From Cereibacter sphaeroides 2.4.1 (GTDB taxonomy: Bacteria; Pseudomonadota; Alphaproteobacteria; Rhodobacterales; Rhodobacteraceae): a DNA stretch of 32,000 bases. Position numbers and translations under genes: made by a program. The DNA lies in the NCBI RefSeq assembly GCF_000012905.2, contig NC_007493.2:900001-932000 (forward strand). Direction: 5' to 3'. Below the pieces are notes generated by a model that worked only from the letters and a program-made list of their open reading frames with translations, did not search any database and was not told the DNA's origin. Shown piece after piece: positions 30,667-32,000 of this stretch (position 1 is its first letter; the number at the start of each line of letters is the position of its first letter).

Positions 30667-30695
30667 CTTATAGAAGCCGCGAGGCCCCTTGTCAC
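30667..30695 (-). promoter_or_regulatory. Candidate sigma70-type promoter for ppaC (GTGACA-N17-TATAAG)
   Basis: On the minus strand, GTGACA is at 30695-30690 and TATAAG at 30672-30667. It lies about 32 nt upstream of the ATG. Confidence 0.4.
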
Positions 30696-30893
30696 GCCCG
30701 GCTCCCGCGGTTTTGCTGCGATGCAGCATGTGCTTGGCTCGGCCCCACAGCTTCCATGAGCCTCCCGCCGGGCGAACCTTTGCGCCAAAGTCATGGCGGG
30801 TGTGCCGAACGGGAATTTGTGCGGCTGCCGATGGACGGGCAGGCTGCGCGTCAGCCTGCGGCCCCGGCCGCGCCCATCCGCGAGGAGGATCCG

Positions 30894-31007
30894 ATGCGCG
30901 ACCCGCGTGCCCGCGTGCCCTACGAACTCGTTCTGGCCGAACTCAGCCGCTCGCTGAAGCCCGCCTCCGTTGTGGCGGGTCTTCTCGGAGCGCCCGAGCG
31001 CGGCTGA
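30894..31007 (+). CDS. Candidate 37-aa small protein (hypothetical)
   Basis: The ATG at 30894 is preceded by GAGGAGGA (30883-30890). Third codon positions are mostly G/C, as in real genes here. I recognise no homology. Confidence 0.3.
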   Translation: MRDPRARVPYELVLAELSRSLKPASVVAGLLGAPERG

Positions 31008-31023
31008 CGGCGGCAGCGGGCGG

Positions 31024-32000
31024 TCAGTCGAGCGGCGTCACCGCGTATCCTGCGTCGCGCAGAAGGGCCAGAACGCCCTCCCGCCCCGGCAGATGCAGGG
31101 CGCCCACCGCAACCACCACCGGCCCCTCGGCCGCGGCCGCCTCGATCACCGGCAGCCAGTCGCGGTTGCGGCGGCTGATGAGCGTCTCTTCCATCTTCGC
31201 GAATTCGGCATCGGCCTTCTCGGGCGTGTAGCCCGGCATCCCGTGCGCCTGCAGCCGCATATATTCCCACACGGTGCGCGACTGGCCCGCGAAGTAGCGG
31301 TCGGCCAGCGTCACGGCCAGATCCTCCACCCGGTCCTCGAGCGGCAGCGCTGTGCGGACCATGGCGAGCTGCTCTTCGGGGGTGAGCTCGGCGAAGAGCT
31401 GGAACACCGTGTTCCAGGGCTCGAGCGAGCGCACGGGCACCCCGGCCGTCTCGGCCGCCCGCATGGCGAGCTTGTCGAGCCCGTTCGGGTTCTGCGTCGC
31501 CTCCACGGCGCAGGGGGGCAGGGCGAGGGTCATCGACACGTACCAGGGCTCGAACTTCGAGGCGAGGACAGGCGGAATGCCCCGCGCGCGCAGCGCATCC
31601 GACAGGGTGTGCCATTCCTCCTCGCTCAGCACCTCAGGCAGGGTCGGCCCGTCCGAGAGCAGCATCGAGGGATCCTTCGCCATCGCCTCCTTGAGCCGCG
31701 CCTCCTCCTCGGGGCCTGCTTCCACGAGCAGCGCGGTGGCCTGCTCGATCCGCGGCCGGAGCCGGTCGAGCAGGGCCGCCTGTCGCGGGTCTCCCAGATG
31801 ATAGGTTCCGGCCACCGTCACCTCGCGTCCCTCGCGCGTTGCCTGCCAGAAGTTGCCTTCGGAGAAGGGCTGTCCTGCGGCCACGGCCTCCAGTTCCGCT
31901 CGGTCGGGCTGGGGAAGGGCCGCGATGAGGTCCGTGCCGGTGCAGGCGGCGTGGGCCAGCGGCGCGGAGGCGAGGAAGAAGGCACAGATGATCGAGGTGA
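31024..32000 (-). CDS. TraB/GumN-family protein (partial; N-terminus beyond the window edge)
   Basis: The reading frame stays open past the listed GTG at 31884 to the window end (…TSIICAFFLASAPLAHAACTG…, signal-peptide-like). The body resembles the TraB/GumN family (…VVAVGALHLPGREGVLALL). Confidence 0.8.
   Translation of the reverse strand, partial: TSIICAFFLASAPLAHAACTGTDLIAALPQPDRAELEAVAAGQPFSEGNFWQATREGREVTVAGTYHLGDPRQAALLDRLRPRIEQATALLVEAGPEEEARLKEAMAKDPSMLLSDGPTLPEVLSEEEWHTLSDALRARGIPPVLASKFEPWYVSMTLALPPCAVEATQNPNGLDKLAMRAAETAGVPVRSLEPWNTVFQLFAELTPEEQLAMVRTALPLEDRVEDLAVTLADRYFAGQSRTVWEYMRLQAHGMPGYTPEKADAEFAKMEETLISRRNRDWLPVIEAAAAEGPVVVAVGALHLPGREGVLALLRDAGYAVTPLD

Overview
The window is a very GC-rich alphaproteobacterial chromosome segment (roughly two-thirds G+C by eye, not computed). 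Gene content and protein sequences look Rhodobacterales (Cereibacter/Rhodobacter-like), but that is from memory and was not searched.

Most of it is core housekeeping:
- a PAS hybrid histidine kinase translationally coupled to an OmpR-type regulator
- chrA, rpsD and hisC-tyrC
- an envelope-flavoured cluster: extensin-like protein with a LAS zinc-peptidase signature, DUF2125, ChaC
- clpA, gloB and a SAM methyltransferase
- the F1 ATP synthase operon atpHAGDC
- a minus-strand run of prs, ltaE, ycgN, ribF, maoC-like, HAD hydrolase and family II pyrophosphatase
- a TraB/GumN gene running off the right edge

Content not explained by housekeeping:
1. A translationally coupled MotA/ExbB-like plus MotB/OmpA-like pair (10207-12963) with long coiled-coil extensions and no flagellar, Tol-Pal or TonB partners. 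This is the best candidate for an uncharacterised system.
2. A perfect 20-copy hexanucleotide microsatellite (GCAAGG)n between the divergent chrA and rpsD.
3. A ~1.7 kb scar of truncated IS66 and IS110 fragments between the MotB-like gene and the clpA terminator.
4. Several strongly structured intergenic regions: the rpsD leader, the atpC/prs convergent spacer, and the region upstream of the kinase.

I found no CRISPR array, rRNA or convincing tRNA. Many long ORFs in the supplied track are antisense shadow ORFs typical of high-GC DNA. All homology calls come from reading the translations; no searches were run.
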